Source of the DNA: a virus
Lineage: Duplodnaviria; Caudoviricetes
Virus record (IMG/VR): IMGVR_UViG_3300030333_004803
Span: 1-53,275 of that record
Reading direction: 5' to 3' (one strand)
Length of the DNA: 53,275 nt
The notes below the pieces were generated by a model. It searched no databases. It saw only the letters and a list, made by a program, of their open reading frames with translations, and was not told the DNA's origin. Positions within the stretch are counted from its first letter, which is position 1, and each line of letters opens with the position of its first letter. A program made the translations under genes and the position numbers. Positions 36,698 through 45,359 of the stretch are shown here, piece after piece.

Positions 36698-37389
36698 AAT
36701 TCAGTCAATTCGTTATCAGAGCTGTCAGCAAAATCAAGGTTTAATGCACTTGCACCGTTCTTTTTAGGACCAGAGGATTGTGCATCTGGTGAATAGTCTT
36801 TTACATATTCTTTATCAACTTGGGATAGAAAATAATCTTTCCACTTTTGGTTATCTCTTTTTGGATGAGCTACTTGATTCCAAGTTTTAGTTTTGCCATC
36901 TGTTTTCTTATAAGACAAAACTTTTACAATTTTATTTTTAGCTCCTTCAAGTAAGACAGGACTTATATTGCCTTGAGTAAATTGATTCAATGTTTCTTGA
37001 ATTTCAGCTTCTGTTTTAAGAAAATCACTGCTTAACAAGTTACATGCTTCAAAGAAATTCTTTACTTTAAAAGCACTTCCCCAGTTAAAATCATCTTCAT
37101 AAATAGGATTGCCATCTTCATCTTCTATTGGTAGACCCAATTCATTTGTAGCAGGAACTTTTTCTACTTTAAAGTTACCACCTATGTTAAGAGTCTTATC
37201 CCAATCATTTTTTAGCATAACACATTTTACTTCAATCTGGCAATCGTTGGTCCATGTTTGACCAGTTGCTTTTTTAGAACCAGATCTATCAATTACTTCT
37301 ACTATTTTTACTTCATCAATGAATATTCCATCTCCCATAGCACCTTCTGGCGCTGGGAAATTTCCTTGTTTTCCAAAAGTTAAAGGCAT
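36694..37389 (-). CDS. Putative single-stranded DNA-binding protein
   Basis: Follows the AAA recombinase; acidic C-terminal tail ending ...DSSDNELTEF. Confidence 0.55.
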   Translation of the reverse strand: MPLTFGKQGNFPAPEGAMGDGIFIDEVKIVEVIDRSGSKKATGQTWTNDCQIEVKCVMLKNDWDKTLNIGGNFKVEKVPATNELGLPIEDEDGNPIYEDDFNWGSAFKVKNFFEACNLLSSDFLKTEAEIQETLNQFTQGNISPVLLEGAKNKIVKVLSYKKTDGKTKTWNQVAHPKRDNQKWKDYFLSQVDKEYVKDYSPDAQSSGPKKNGASALNLDFADSSDNELTEF

Positions 37390-38265
37390 TTAGTCTTTCT
37401 CCTTATAGCTTAATATTTCTTGTTTAACTGTTTCATAATCAAATAACATTTCTTTTTGAGCTAATGGTCTTAATCTAGATCCAATAGTTCTTTCATCATA
37501 TCCTTGAAAACTGATATGACTTTTACCTGATTCTTTATTGACTTGTGCATAACCAATTACATCTGCTTTAGCAGTTAATGCATACCCTAATCCGCTAGGT
37601 ACTGCAGGCATTAATTGTGCTTTACCATCTGTAATAGCTGTTTGCTTAGCATGTGAAAGGAGTATTAAAGCAGATCCTGTTCTTTTCATAAGACGCTGTA
37701 ATCTTAATATAATATCAAGATTTTTAGATCTAGCTAATCTCCAGTCTTTGCCAAAGTTTTGACCATCGCCCATTTCTTTTATATTTAATTCCTGAATGAC
37801 TACTTCTTCTATCCATTTATTAATTTCATCTACAGTGTCAATTACAAGAGTATCATAAGGCAATTTTTCCCACTCATTCCTTAACCAAGCATATACCTCA
37901 GCTAATGAATAAACTGGCATTGGTTCTCCTTTACTAGGCCCTGATCTGTATACATAACCACGCTCAGTTGGCGGTATAAGTTCCATGACTTCTTTGCCAT
38001 TTTTAACAATCTTTTTATTATCTGACATTTTATTTCTAGTAGGAGGATTTAGACATGTGACTGTAACACTATTAGCATTAGGTACAAAGTCTGCACCTAA
38101 ATCAGCATCTATGATAAGCACACCATCTGTCCCTTTGTCACTCCATTTGGAAGCAGCGCTAGTTTTCCAAGTCTTAGGTTGACCTATGAAAAACCAGGTG
38201 ATCCCGTCTGGAAGATTTTGAGACATCTCTTCCATCGATTGATTTTTAATTACTTCTATTTTCAT
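37390..38265 (-). CDS. AAA_24/Sak4-like P-loop recombination protein
   Basis: GQPKTWKTS, IIDADLG, LVIDTVDE, LLSHAK, ADVIGY. Confidence 0.75.
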   Translation of the reverse strand: MKIEVIKNQSMEEMSQNLPDGITWFFIGQPKTWKTSAASKWSDKGTDGVLIIDADLGADFVPNANSVTVTCLNPPTRNKMSDNKKIVKNGKEVMELIPPTERGYVYRSGPSKGEPMPVYSLAEVYAWLRNEWEKLPYDTLVIDTVDEINKWIEEVVIQELNIKEMGDGQNFGKDWRLARSKNLDIILRLQRLMKRTGSALILLSHAKQTAITDGKAQLMPAVPSGLGYALTAKADVIGYAQVNKESGKSHISFQGYDERTIGSRLRPLAQKEMLFDYETVKQEILSYKEKD

Positions 38266-38291
38266 AATGTATTTCCTTAATTCCTCGATTA

Positions 38292-38320
38292 AATATACAA
38301 TATATTGATTAATTTAACAA
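38292..38320 (-). promoter_or_regulatory. Sigma70-like promoter for the replication operon
   Basis: TTGTTA-N17-TATATT on the - strand, about 25 nt upstream of ATG 38265. Confidence 0.5.
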
Positions 38321-38323
38321 TAG

Positions 38324-38400
38324 AATAGTGGCAGAAAGTGTCTTATTATTCTTTCAATTGTTTAAGGAGAGAGAAAGAAAAGTCTTTCTGCCACATTATT
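38324..38400 (-). other. Long hairpin after the vWA gene with CUCUCCUU in its loop
   Basis: GTGGCAGAAAG/CTTTCTGCCAC and TTCTTTC/GAAAGAA stems. Confidence 0.65.
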
Positions 38401-40854
38401 CTAGATTTGCAGCATGTTTTTGATTGTTTTTGGCAAGGTATTGCTAATCTCGCTAAAGTTTTCGATCATTATGTATGAGTCGTACATCTCTTGAAGATGT
38501 TCTTCTCGAATATAATGTCCCATACCTATAGCCATAACTGGCATACCTTCGCTTTGAACACGCATAATGTCTCGTCTGGTTTGATGTCTTCCATCTGCGT
38601 AACCGTGAGCAGCGGGTTGTCCATCACATAGAACAATCATAGCTTTTTTCATATTTAAACTACTATTAATACGTTGTTCTAGCATTCTAGCTGATTCAAA
38701 TATAGCTACGCCATCACGATTATTACAGTGAGACTTAACATTAGTAAGGGTAACGCCATCTTCATATTCAAAGATATGAGTAGCATGTTTTTCTCCACGC
38801 ATATCTGCAGTATGACCATATAAAAATACATTACACCTTGCATTATCTTTCATAGCTTCATAGATAGTAATAGCTGTATCTCTAACAAGCTCTATATCGC
38901 CGCACATTGAACCAGATTGATCCATTAAAATACCTATATTGTAATTAGGTTCTACTTGAATGTAATCTTTCTTAAATAGATTAACTCGTTTTGTAGGTAT
39001 TTTAAATAATGATTTTCTATCCAATTCGCCACGATTAAGATTTCTTATTGAAATATGCTTATCTAATCCATAAAGATTGATACGATTTTTCAATGCATTA
39101 ATTGAAGGTTTAAGTCGTTGAAGTAGTTCATTGTATTCATCTTTGTTACCAGTCTTATAGTGATCAACAATAACATCACGATTATGACCATAATGTTTAG
39201 ATTCCATAATGCCAGGAGATTTTGTTTCATACATCTCTGTATTATTGTCACTATGCGACATCAAAGCTTTTTCCATTTGCTTTGTTATTCCTACTTGTTC
39301 ATCCCAATCAGTTATACTTAATGATTCATTTTCAATAGCTGTATCTTTCATTGCAATACTTAATGTATGACCTGTATGTAAGTTTCCATTTGCAAACTTA
39401 ACTTTTTCAGTATCTTTAAATAAAGCAATCAATCTATTATTAAAATAATCATATATCTTTTCAGATATATCTACTACTGCTTGATCATTTTCTAATAGAT
39501 TAGAAGGATGATCAGTGATTATTTTAGAGCAATCTTGAAGAATCTCTTGAGCCGAAGAAACATTAAATAGATTTATATCTTTTATTGCTTCTTTGCAAAG
39601 TTGAGATGAATCATATGCAAAAGCAAATTCGTCACCGACATGGCTATAGTATCTTCTCATACGATCTTTAATATCGTTTTGAGCTTCAGATGCTGCCACA
39701 TCCAATGCTTCATTAACACCATCTGGGATATATATTATATATCTTAACATGTTAACACACATAGTTAATGTATACATTTCCTTTATTGGCATAAATATAG
39801 AGTTTGCTTCACTTATTGAGTCAATACGCATACTCTTTGCTTCTAACATATCATTTATGTTCTTAGCATATTGATAAGTAATATCTGAAATAATGCTTTT
39901 TACATGCATTACTCTTTGTCTTATCACTGCTTCATCAGCCGTTAAATGCTTTTTGTGTTTAATTAAGTATTTAACATAGCCAGGAGCTGCTTTTGTTAAT
40001 TGTTCTTCAATGTATACATCTTCTAAGTAATGAATAATATCATCTTGAAACAATTGAGCTAATTGTCTAAATGGATGAAGTCTATCTTCACCTTCTGCTC
40101 CATTTTTAGCAAACATATCAGGTACCCAGGATCCATTTTTGTTATTACCCTTAGCATGAGCATCCCAGTGTTCTGCTAACCATTCAATGAATATCTTATC
40201 ATTTACACCGTTTAGTCTATATGCATTAGATGTTATCATTTGCTTTTTAAAGAAATTAAACAATGACAATGGCATAACTAAGTTACCGCCAGCATCGCAA
40301 CCATATTCTATTACACGTTTGTGTTCATTTTCATCTTTAAGCATGTTATCTATGTGATACATTATTCTAGTTCTAAGAGTTCTATTTTCAATTATTGTTG
40401 AAATTAGAGCTTCGTATTTAAGTGGTACTAGAACTAATCTATTACTATGCATTTGATGTAATTTCTGATGCAAAGAAGAACCTAGGTCAACATCTTGTGT
40501 CTTTGCTTTATTTGCCCAGACATGGTTAGATAAGACATGCATTTTACCATTAAACATAGAATGTAATGCTCTATCCATATGGTTTTTCCGCAATATCTTA
40601 TATGGTTGATCAAGATTGCTTTTAAAATGCAATTCTGCTTGATCTTTAGAACTAACAATCTGCATTCTATTATGTGCGTTCTTTTTATGTAAATGCAACT
40701 TTAAGCTTTTCTTCATCCGAGATCCAGTGGAGTTTATGTGGGACCAAAACCCACGATAACCTTTTAAAGTGGATAAGCCACGGCGAGACCACCATGACTT
40801 ATGACCACTACCACTTATTTCATCAGATTTTCTTCCGAAAATATCAGTTTGCAT
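38401..40854 (-). CDS. vWA-domain protein (CobT/NorD-like), partner of the MoxR ATPase
   Basis: RGELD, ILMDQSGSM (MIDAS), NRDG, IVLCDGQP. Confidence 0.85.
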   Translation of the reverse strand: MQTDIFGRKSDEISGSGHKSWWSRRGLSTLKGYRGFWSHINSTGSRMKKSLKLHLHKKNAHNRMQIVSSKDQAELHFKSNLDQPYKILRKNHMDRALHSMFNGKMHVLSNHVWANKAKTQDVDLGSSLHQKLHQMHSNRLVLVPLKYEALISTIIENRTLRTRIMYHIDNMLKDENEHKRVIEYGCDAGGNLVMPLSLFNFFKKQMITSNAYRLNGVNDKIFIEWLAEHWDAHAKGNNKNGSWVPDMFAKNGAEGEDRLHPFRQLAQLFQDDIIHYLEDVYIEEQLTKAAPGYVKYLIKHKKHLTADEAVIRQRVMHVKSIISDITYQYAKNINDMLEAKSMRIDSISEANSIFMPIKEMYTLTMCVNMLRYIIYIPDGVNEALDVAASEAQNDIKDRMRRYYSHVGDEFAFAYDSSQLCKEAIKDINLFNVSSAQEILQDCSKIITDHPSNLLENDQAVVDISEKIYDYFNNRLIALFKDTEKVKFANGNLHTGHTLSIAMKDTAIENESLSITDWDEQVGITKQMEKALMSHSDNNTEMYETKSPGIMESKHYGHNRDVIVDHYKTGNKDEYNELLQRLKPSINALKNRINLYGLDKHISIRNLNRGELDRKSLFKIPTKRVNLFKKDYIQVEPNYNIGILMDQSGSMCGDIELVRDTAITIYEAMKDNARCNVFLYGHTADMRGEKHATHIFEYEDGVTLTNVKSHCNNRDGVAIFESARMLEQRINSSLNMKKAMIVLCDGQPAAHGYADGRHQTRRDIMRVQSEGMPVMAIGMGHYIREEHLQEMYDSYIMIENFSEISNTLPKTIKNMLQI

Positions 40855-40856
40855 TG

Positions 40857-41888
40857 TTACATAGCCTCAATAATATTCATAACCTTATCTTTTTCTGTCG
40901 GATCATTATAATAAGGTAATGTAATGTTCATCAAAGCATCTAAAAGATCTACACCATCACTAACAGCATCAGCTGTAGACAATGTCATTCTTGTTGATAC
41001 GCTTGTTGTTAATTCATCAGAATTAGCCAAGGCCCTGACTTTTGAAGCAAATAAAGTGATCTTTGCTGCTGTATCTTTGTCTATTTCTGTTCTTTCACAT
41101 AAAAGAGCAGCTTCAGATTCTTCATCTAGATATGCTAATGGGTAGAAACCACCAGTAAATCTATCTAACCAGGCTCTATCTATGGTGTTACTAGCACCAA
41201 TGTATTGCCTACCGACATTAGCAGTAGCATAAAAGCGTACTTTATCACTGATCTTGATCTCAACAGGGGGCTTTTCTTCGTCTAAGATCAATACTCTTTG
41301 CTCATCTAAGACTGGAATCAAGATATTTTGTAACTCTTGAGACCTATCTCTGGTTATTTCATCAAGCATTATTAATGTAGGTTCTTCTGATTGAATCATT
41401 TCAACAAACTTAGACCTAACAAACTTAGTCCCAGAATCTGGATCATAACTAATATGACCAAGAAGTTTACTAGCTGGATTAGATGTGTCACCTAAGTTAA
41501 TGGAATAGAAATTCATTCCAGTTACTTCAGCCAGTATCTTTCCAAGGTGTGATTTACCACAACCTGTTGGACCTGTGACTAATATGTGTTGATTTTTAAT
41601 AATGTTACGGACCATATTAAAGAAAATGTTCTGATCTTTAAACTTAAACCATTCATTAGGTACATTAAAGTTTTCTTTAACATAGTCAAATACTTTACCA
41701 GTTACACCGTCTACCCATGTATTGTCATTTTTATTTGGGGTGTTCATTACTTTATCTGATTCTTCTGCAACCATTTCAGGCTCATTTACAACATCGCTAG
41801 TGTTTTCTTCTTCTGCAGGTACTAAAGGTGAACTTTCTTCTTTTACTTCGTTGTCTTTATACTTACTTAAGATTTCTGATATATCCAT
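40857..41888 (-). CDS. MoxR-family AAA+ ATPase (CbbQ/NirQ/CobS-like)
   Basis: GPTGCGKS, IMLDEITR, ATAN, DRAWLDRF, STR. Confidence 0.9.
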   Translation of the reverse strand: MDISEILSKYKDNEVKEESSPLVPAEEENTSDVVNEPEMVAEESDKVMNTPNKNDNTWVDGVTGKVFDYVKENFNVPNEWFKFKDQNIFFNMVRNIIKNQHILVTGPTGCGKSHLGKILAEVTGMNFYSINLGDTSNPASKLLGHISYDPDSGTKFVRSKFVEMIQSEEPTLIMLDEITRDRSQELQNILIPVLDEQRVLILDEEKPPVEIKISDKVRFYATANVGRQYIGASNTIDRAWLDRFTGGFYPLAYLDEESEAALLCERTEIDKDTAAKITLFASKVRALANSDELTTSVSTRMTLSTADAVSDGVDLLDALMNITLPYYNDPTEKDKVMNIIEAM

Positions 41889-42170
41889 TTATTTGTTTTC
41901 CTCTCCGATACTAGGTACAACATAATTGTCCCAGTATTCACATGATTTATTATTGATTAATTTACAAGGTTTATTACACATAGATTTAACTATTGTTTGA
42001 TTTACTTTGCTAATGCCTATGACGCTATATTCTATTTTGAACACAGCGCCAAGGCAATTTCCTGAGTCCCAATTAGCACAATTATGCAGTACTTCAGATT
42101 TGGAATGTGAATCTGCCACTGTCTTCTTTCGGTATATTCTTTTCCTCCATCGTTGATATGTTCTTTTCAT
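41889..42170 (-). CDS. Cys-rich hypothetical protein
   Basis: CANW-x4-C...C-x3-C...CEYW. Confidence 0.5.
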   Translation of the reverse strand: MKRTYQRWRKRIYRKKTVADSHSKSEVLHNCANWDSGNCLGAVFKIEYSVIGISKVNQTIVKSMCNKPCKLINNKSCEYWDNYVVPSIGEENK

Positions 42171-42855
42171 CTATCAATATACCTTCTTCTTCACGAGTAT
42201 ATGGGACCACTTCAACTCGATATTTGTTTTCAACATTTAAAATGTCTGCATAATGCGAAGTAACTACTACACATTCTTGAGCATCAGGATCAGATCCTAG
42301 TGATTCTGGTTCATTTAAAGCATTATTTATTTGACTTCTTACTCTATCTACTTTGTATTTATCAAATAAAACATCCCATTTACCTCTAACGGTTGATGCG
42401 AAATGATTATTTTTGATATTGCTTAATGTGCTTTGAAGCCATGTTGTAAATACTTTGTCTGCAGCTTTAGTCTGTTCAACGCTTATTTCATTTGGATCTT
42501 TTTCTGAACTACAGGCATCAGCTATAACAACTAATGCATCGACTTTTAAATTACTTATAATGTCTTGCATAATATTCTTAGCTAGATCTTTAGCCATATT
42601 AACTTTACGCTGATCATTCATGTGTTTTGCATTAGGATCTTTGTCTAGTTGCATACATATGTCATTTAAAAGAGATGAAACGTAAAACAAACGAGTTTCT
42701 TTTTCTCTAGCGTCAAATGCTGCTATTATGAATGGTAATTCTCCAACTTTTAAGAATGTTTGCATAATATTGCCTTTAAATTGCTCTAAAGCTGAAAATA
42801 TACTGTCATTTTTCCATTGGTGTGATACTTGTTCTATTTCTAATTTACCTAACAT
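42094..42855 (-). CDS. Hypothetical early protein
   Basis: GGAGG SD; 253 aa. Confidence 0.65.
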   Translation of the reverse strand: MLGKLEIEQVSHQWKNDSIFSALEQFKGNIMQTFLKVGELPFIIAAFDAREKETRLFYVSSLLNDICMQLDKDPNAKHMNDQRKVNMAKDLAKNIMQDIISNLKVDALVVIADACSSEKDPNEISVEQTKAADKVFTTWLQSTLSNIKNNHFASTVRGKWDVLFDKYKVDRVRSQINNALNEPESLGSDPDAQECVVVTSHYADILNVENKYRVEVVPYTREEEGILIDEKNISTMEEKNIPKEDSGRFTFQI

Positions 42856-43031
42856 TTATTCTTGCCTCCATTTTGTGGATTTTTTATGTCTTGATGTTGA
42901 TCCATCCAATCTAAGTGAGCGATTGAACTATCAACTATTAAATTAATTGTTTCTTTCCAGCTCAATCCTGCATGCTTGGCTTTTGACCTAACACGCAGGA
43001 AAGTAACTGTTAACGTAATTAAACTTCTCAC
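42849..43031 (-). CDS. Hypothetical early protein
   Basis: GTGA overlap; 60 aa. Confidence 0.5.
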   Translation of the reverse strand: MRSLITLTVTFLRVRSKAKHAGLSWKETINLIVDSSIAHLDWMDQHQDIKNPQNGGKNKC

Positions 43032-43288
43032 AACAGTGTTTCTATTTTATTCAACAATGCTAGTGATTTATCACGTTTCATTTGAAGCTCTGCTTGAAGT
43101 CTAGTCATCATTCTCATACCATTCTTTTCGTACATTTCACATGTAACTTGCTTTAACATAGCGTCATAACGATTAAAATCGTCATTTACTATGCCTTTTA
43201 GCACTTTAACAAGGAACATTGTAGTGGATGGGAACTGTAATGATTTAAACTTCTTAAGCTTTTCCTGATTCTGTTGACTTAAAGACAT
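43028..43288 (-). CDS. Hypothetical early protein
   Basis: AAAGGAG SD; 86 aa. Confidence 0.6.
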   Translation of the reverse strand: MSLSQQNQEKLKKFKSLQFPSTTMFLVKVLKGIVNDDFNRYDAMLKQVTCEMYEKNGMRMMTRLQAELQMKRDKSLALLNKIETLL

Positions 43289-43724
43289 CTAAAGCTCCTT
43301 TCGCAAGCTTATCTGTTAACTCTTCAACTTCACGATCCTGATCTTTATCTTTATGAGCTTTATTAACAATATTGTCAACTTGCTCATCTTCCACACCCAG
43401 CACTTCTGCTGACTTTCTCAGAACATCGTTCATTTGGAGTTTGTCTTCAAGTTTTTGTATCTTCCTCATTGCCTCAATACAAGCTAATGCTCTTCTAACA
43501 GCAAAAGTATCTGTATTTATTTCGCTCATAAGCTTGTCTGGGTCAATGTGTTCAACAATCAGTGATTTTAAAGCTACGCAAGATGTAAATAGTACTTGAA
43601 GATGGTCTTCATCTCCTACACTAAATATCTCTCCTAAAGCATCTTTCATGATCTTACTTAGCTTGTTGGTTTGATTTTTATTTGCTTTGGACAACTTATC
43701 ATCCAAGTCATTTGCATCAATCAT
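43254..43724 (-). CDS. Hypothetical helical early protein
   Basis: AAGGGAG SD; 156 aa. Confidence 0.65.
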   Translation of the reverse strand: MIDANDLDDKLSKANKNQTNKLSKIMKDALGEIFSVGDEDHLQVLFTSCVALKSLIVEHIDPDKLMSEINTDTFAVRRALACIEAMRKIQKLEDKLQMNDVLRKSAEVLGVEDEQVDNIVNKAHKDKDQDREVEELTDKLAKGALDVFKSTESGKA

Positions 43725-43765
43725 AAGCGGTACTCCCTTCTCGTATGTGTTTCAAATAATTCTTT

Positions 43766-43809
43766 GCAGGTTCTTTTATTTAAGTCGGAAACCTGCTAGA
43801 AGACCGACT
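43766..43809 (-). promoter_or_regulatory. Predicted H-type pseudoknot in the 5' leader of 43724
   Basis: S1 AGUCGG/CCGACU, L1 UCUUCUA, S2 GCAGGUU/AACCUGC, L3 UAAAUAAAAG. Confidence 0.55.
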
Positions 43810-44066
43810 CGTTGTGAGTATACATTCTATTTAGAAGGTATGACAAAATATAGTTAGAAAGGACGACTGCAAAGTATAAGTGCAGTAAACTATATTAACT
43901 TCTAGGTTGAATGCGGACCTTAAGCTTTATTGGTACCGCCCCCAAATGCACAAGAGATGGAGGCGGCGTAGGTGTTAATTCACGATCCAATTTATTAGGG
44001 CTAAACGTTTATTATGTGTTTATAACCAATACTACCTAATGTTATTAGTTATGTCTAGCCCTATAG

Positions 44067-44138
44067 TTGCGCAGGCTGGAATCGAACCAGCTATCTCTTG
44101 GTTATGAGCCAAGTGGCTTACCATTTGCCCTCTGCGCT
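44067..44138 (-). tRNA. tRNA-Met(CAT), initiator-like, CCA not encoded
   Basis: AGCGCAG/CTGCGCA acceptor, GGC/GCC D-stem, CTTGG-CTCATAA-CCAAG, GCTGG-TTCGATT-CCAGC. Confidence 0.85.
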
Positions 44139-44143
44139 ATTCA

Positions 44144-44365
44144 TTAAGATAATCCAAGTGAACTTAATATAAAAGGTTTACAAGTAGAATCTACATCATT
44201 TTCCATAGAATGTCTACAGTCAACACAGTCTTGGTGATAATATTTACCTTTTATTTCGATTATCTGGTTATTGAACAACGATGTACCTTCATTTACTTCA
44301 TCCCAATCAGGACGAGCATCTAATGAAGCATCATCACTGTTCATATTGTCTGGATCATATGTCAT
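44144..44365 (-). CDS. Hypothetical early protein
   Basis: ATGA overlap; CVDC. Confidence 0.5.
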   Translation of the reverse strand: MTYDPDNMNSDDASLDARPDWDEVNEGTSLFNNQIIEIKGKYYHQDCVDCRHSMENDVDSTCKPFILSSLGLS

Positions 44366-44694
44366 GGTACAGGTTCCTTATCATTATGTAAAGCTTCTTC
44401 TCTTTCTTCCATCTTACCGTCTTGTATCTTTTTAAACATCATATTAGATTCAATTTGCTTTATAATTCGTTGAATATTGCTACTTCCTGTTGAATGTGCT
44501 CCACCTTTAGAGTAATGATCTGGAAATACAGTTGAAATCTTATGATCTTCTAATATCCAGGCAAGCAGGCCTATTTGGATAAGAAAATACTCTTCGTGAT
44601 CATCACCTTCTTCTATAAGTCCAGTTAATAAACAGGATGCAAGGTTAGACTTAAGGGATAACATTAATGTTTCTACTTCTTCTCTAGTCTTCAT
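44362..44694 (-). CDS. Hypothetical early protein
   Basis: ATGA overlap with the upstream small ORF; 110 aa. Confidence 0.6.
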   Translation of the reverse strand: MKTREEVETLMLSLKSNLASCLLTGLIEEGDDHEEYFLIQIGLLAWILEDHKISTVFPDHYSKGGAHSTGSSNIQRIIKQIESNMMFKKIQDGKMEEREEALHNDKEPVP

Positions 44695-44822
44695 TTTGGT
44701 ACCTGTGCTTTACGAGCTTTCTTTGCTTCTTTTCGTTTAATTTGAGCTTTAGTTCTACCCTTAGCAGAAAGTTCAGCATTCTTTCTTCTACGGGCTATTT
44801 TAACTAACTTAGAACTTCTCAT
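44691..44822 (-). CDS. 43-aa very basic peptide MRSSKLVKIARRRKNAELSAKGRTKAQIKRKEAKKARKAQVPK (not in ORF track)
   Basis: GGAGAG SD; fills the gap; ATGA coupling. Confidence 0.65.
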   Translation of the reverse strand: MRSSKLVKIARRRKNAELSAKGRTKAQIKRKEAKKARKAQVPK

Positions 44823-44840
44823 TAATCTCTCCATAGTTAA

Positions 44841-44959
44841 GAACACTGGGCTAAGCAGCCACACTAAAGGAGGAAGAGGTAAGTATCGCTAATCATATTA
44901 CAGCAAACGTAGCTATAATTACGTCTATGACTAGCAATAGCACTACTTAGCCTGTGTTC
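44841..44959 (-). ncRNA. About 120-nt extended hairpin with a 3'-side bulge CUUCCUCCUUU (anti-SD like)
   Basis: Stems GAACAC/GTGTTC, GGCTAAGTAG/CTGCTTAGCC, TATTGCTAGTCATA/TATGATTAGCGATA, ACGTA/TACGT; G-U pairs favour the - strand. Confidence 0.55.
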
Positions 44960-45029
44960 ATTTATAATATACTGGTTCTATTTGACGTAATGTGTAGTAA
45001 GCATTGCACTTACTACTAAAGGGAAGGAA

Positions 45030-45353
45030 CTAGGCAGACAAGGCTGAATCAAAGTCATCATATGTGACCTGGGTAAGTAACGTAAACCTGTCACGTTGAC
45101 GAGCCTTCTGAACACCATTGGCATCAATATACATCTCACCAGCCTTCTGATGTCTGATGTTCCAGAACTCACCCTTATGCTCAAGCATAGTATCCTTATG
45201 AGCAACAGCTAATGCAGTGAGGTCATCAAGTTGTCCATCAGTAAAGACTATGCCAACAGCCTTACCCTTATCAGATATGTTAGCTGGCTGAAATTTAACA
45301 CCGATTTGTTTAAATGCATCAACCAAGTCAGCAAGAAATTTAAATGGATCCAT
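45030..45353 (-). CDS. First gene of the early arm, hypothetical protein
   Basis: AAAGGAG SD; 107 aa. Confidence 0.65.
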   Translation of the reverse strand: MDPFKFLADLVDAFKQIGVKFQPANISDKGKAVGIVFTDGQLDDLTALAVAHKDTMLEHKGEFWNIRHQKAGEMYIDANGVQKARQRDRFTLLTQVTYDDFDSALSA

Positions 45354-45359
45354 AGTATG

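Noticed and set aside
38401-41888. cobS/cobT cobalamin auxiliary metabolic genes
   Set aside because: No cobN or other cobalamin genes; a generic MoxR/vWA pair explains the motifs
43766-43809. Known preQ1-I or SAM-II/V riboswitch
   Set aside because: Topology is similar, but conserved ligand-binding nucleotides do not match and the downstream gene is unrelated; kept only as an unknown pseudoknot
43990-44066. Theta (HDV-like) ribozyme after the tRNA
   Set aside because: A long closing stem exists, but I could not find the nested P2/P3/L3 double pseudoknot or the catalytic J4/2 C
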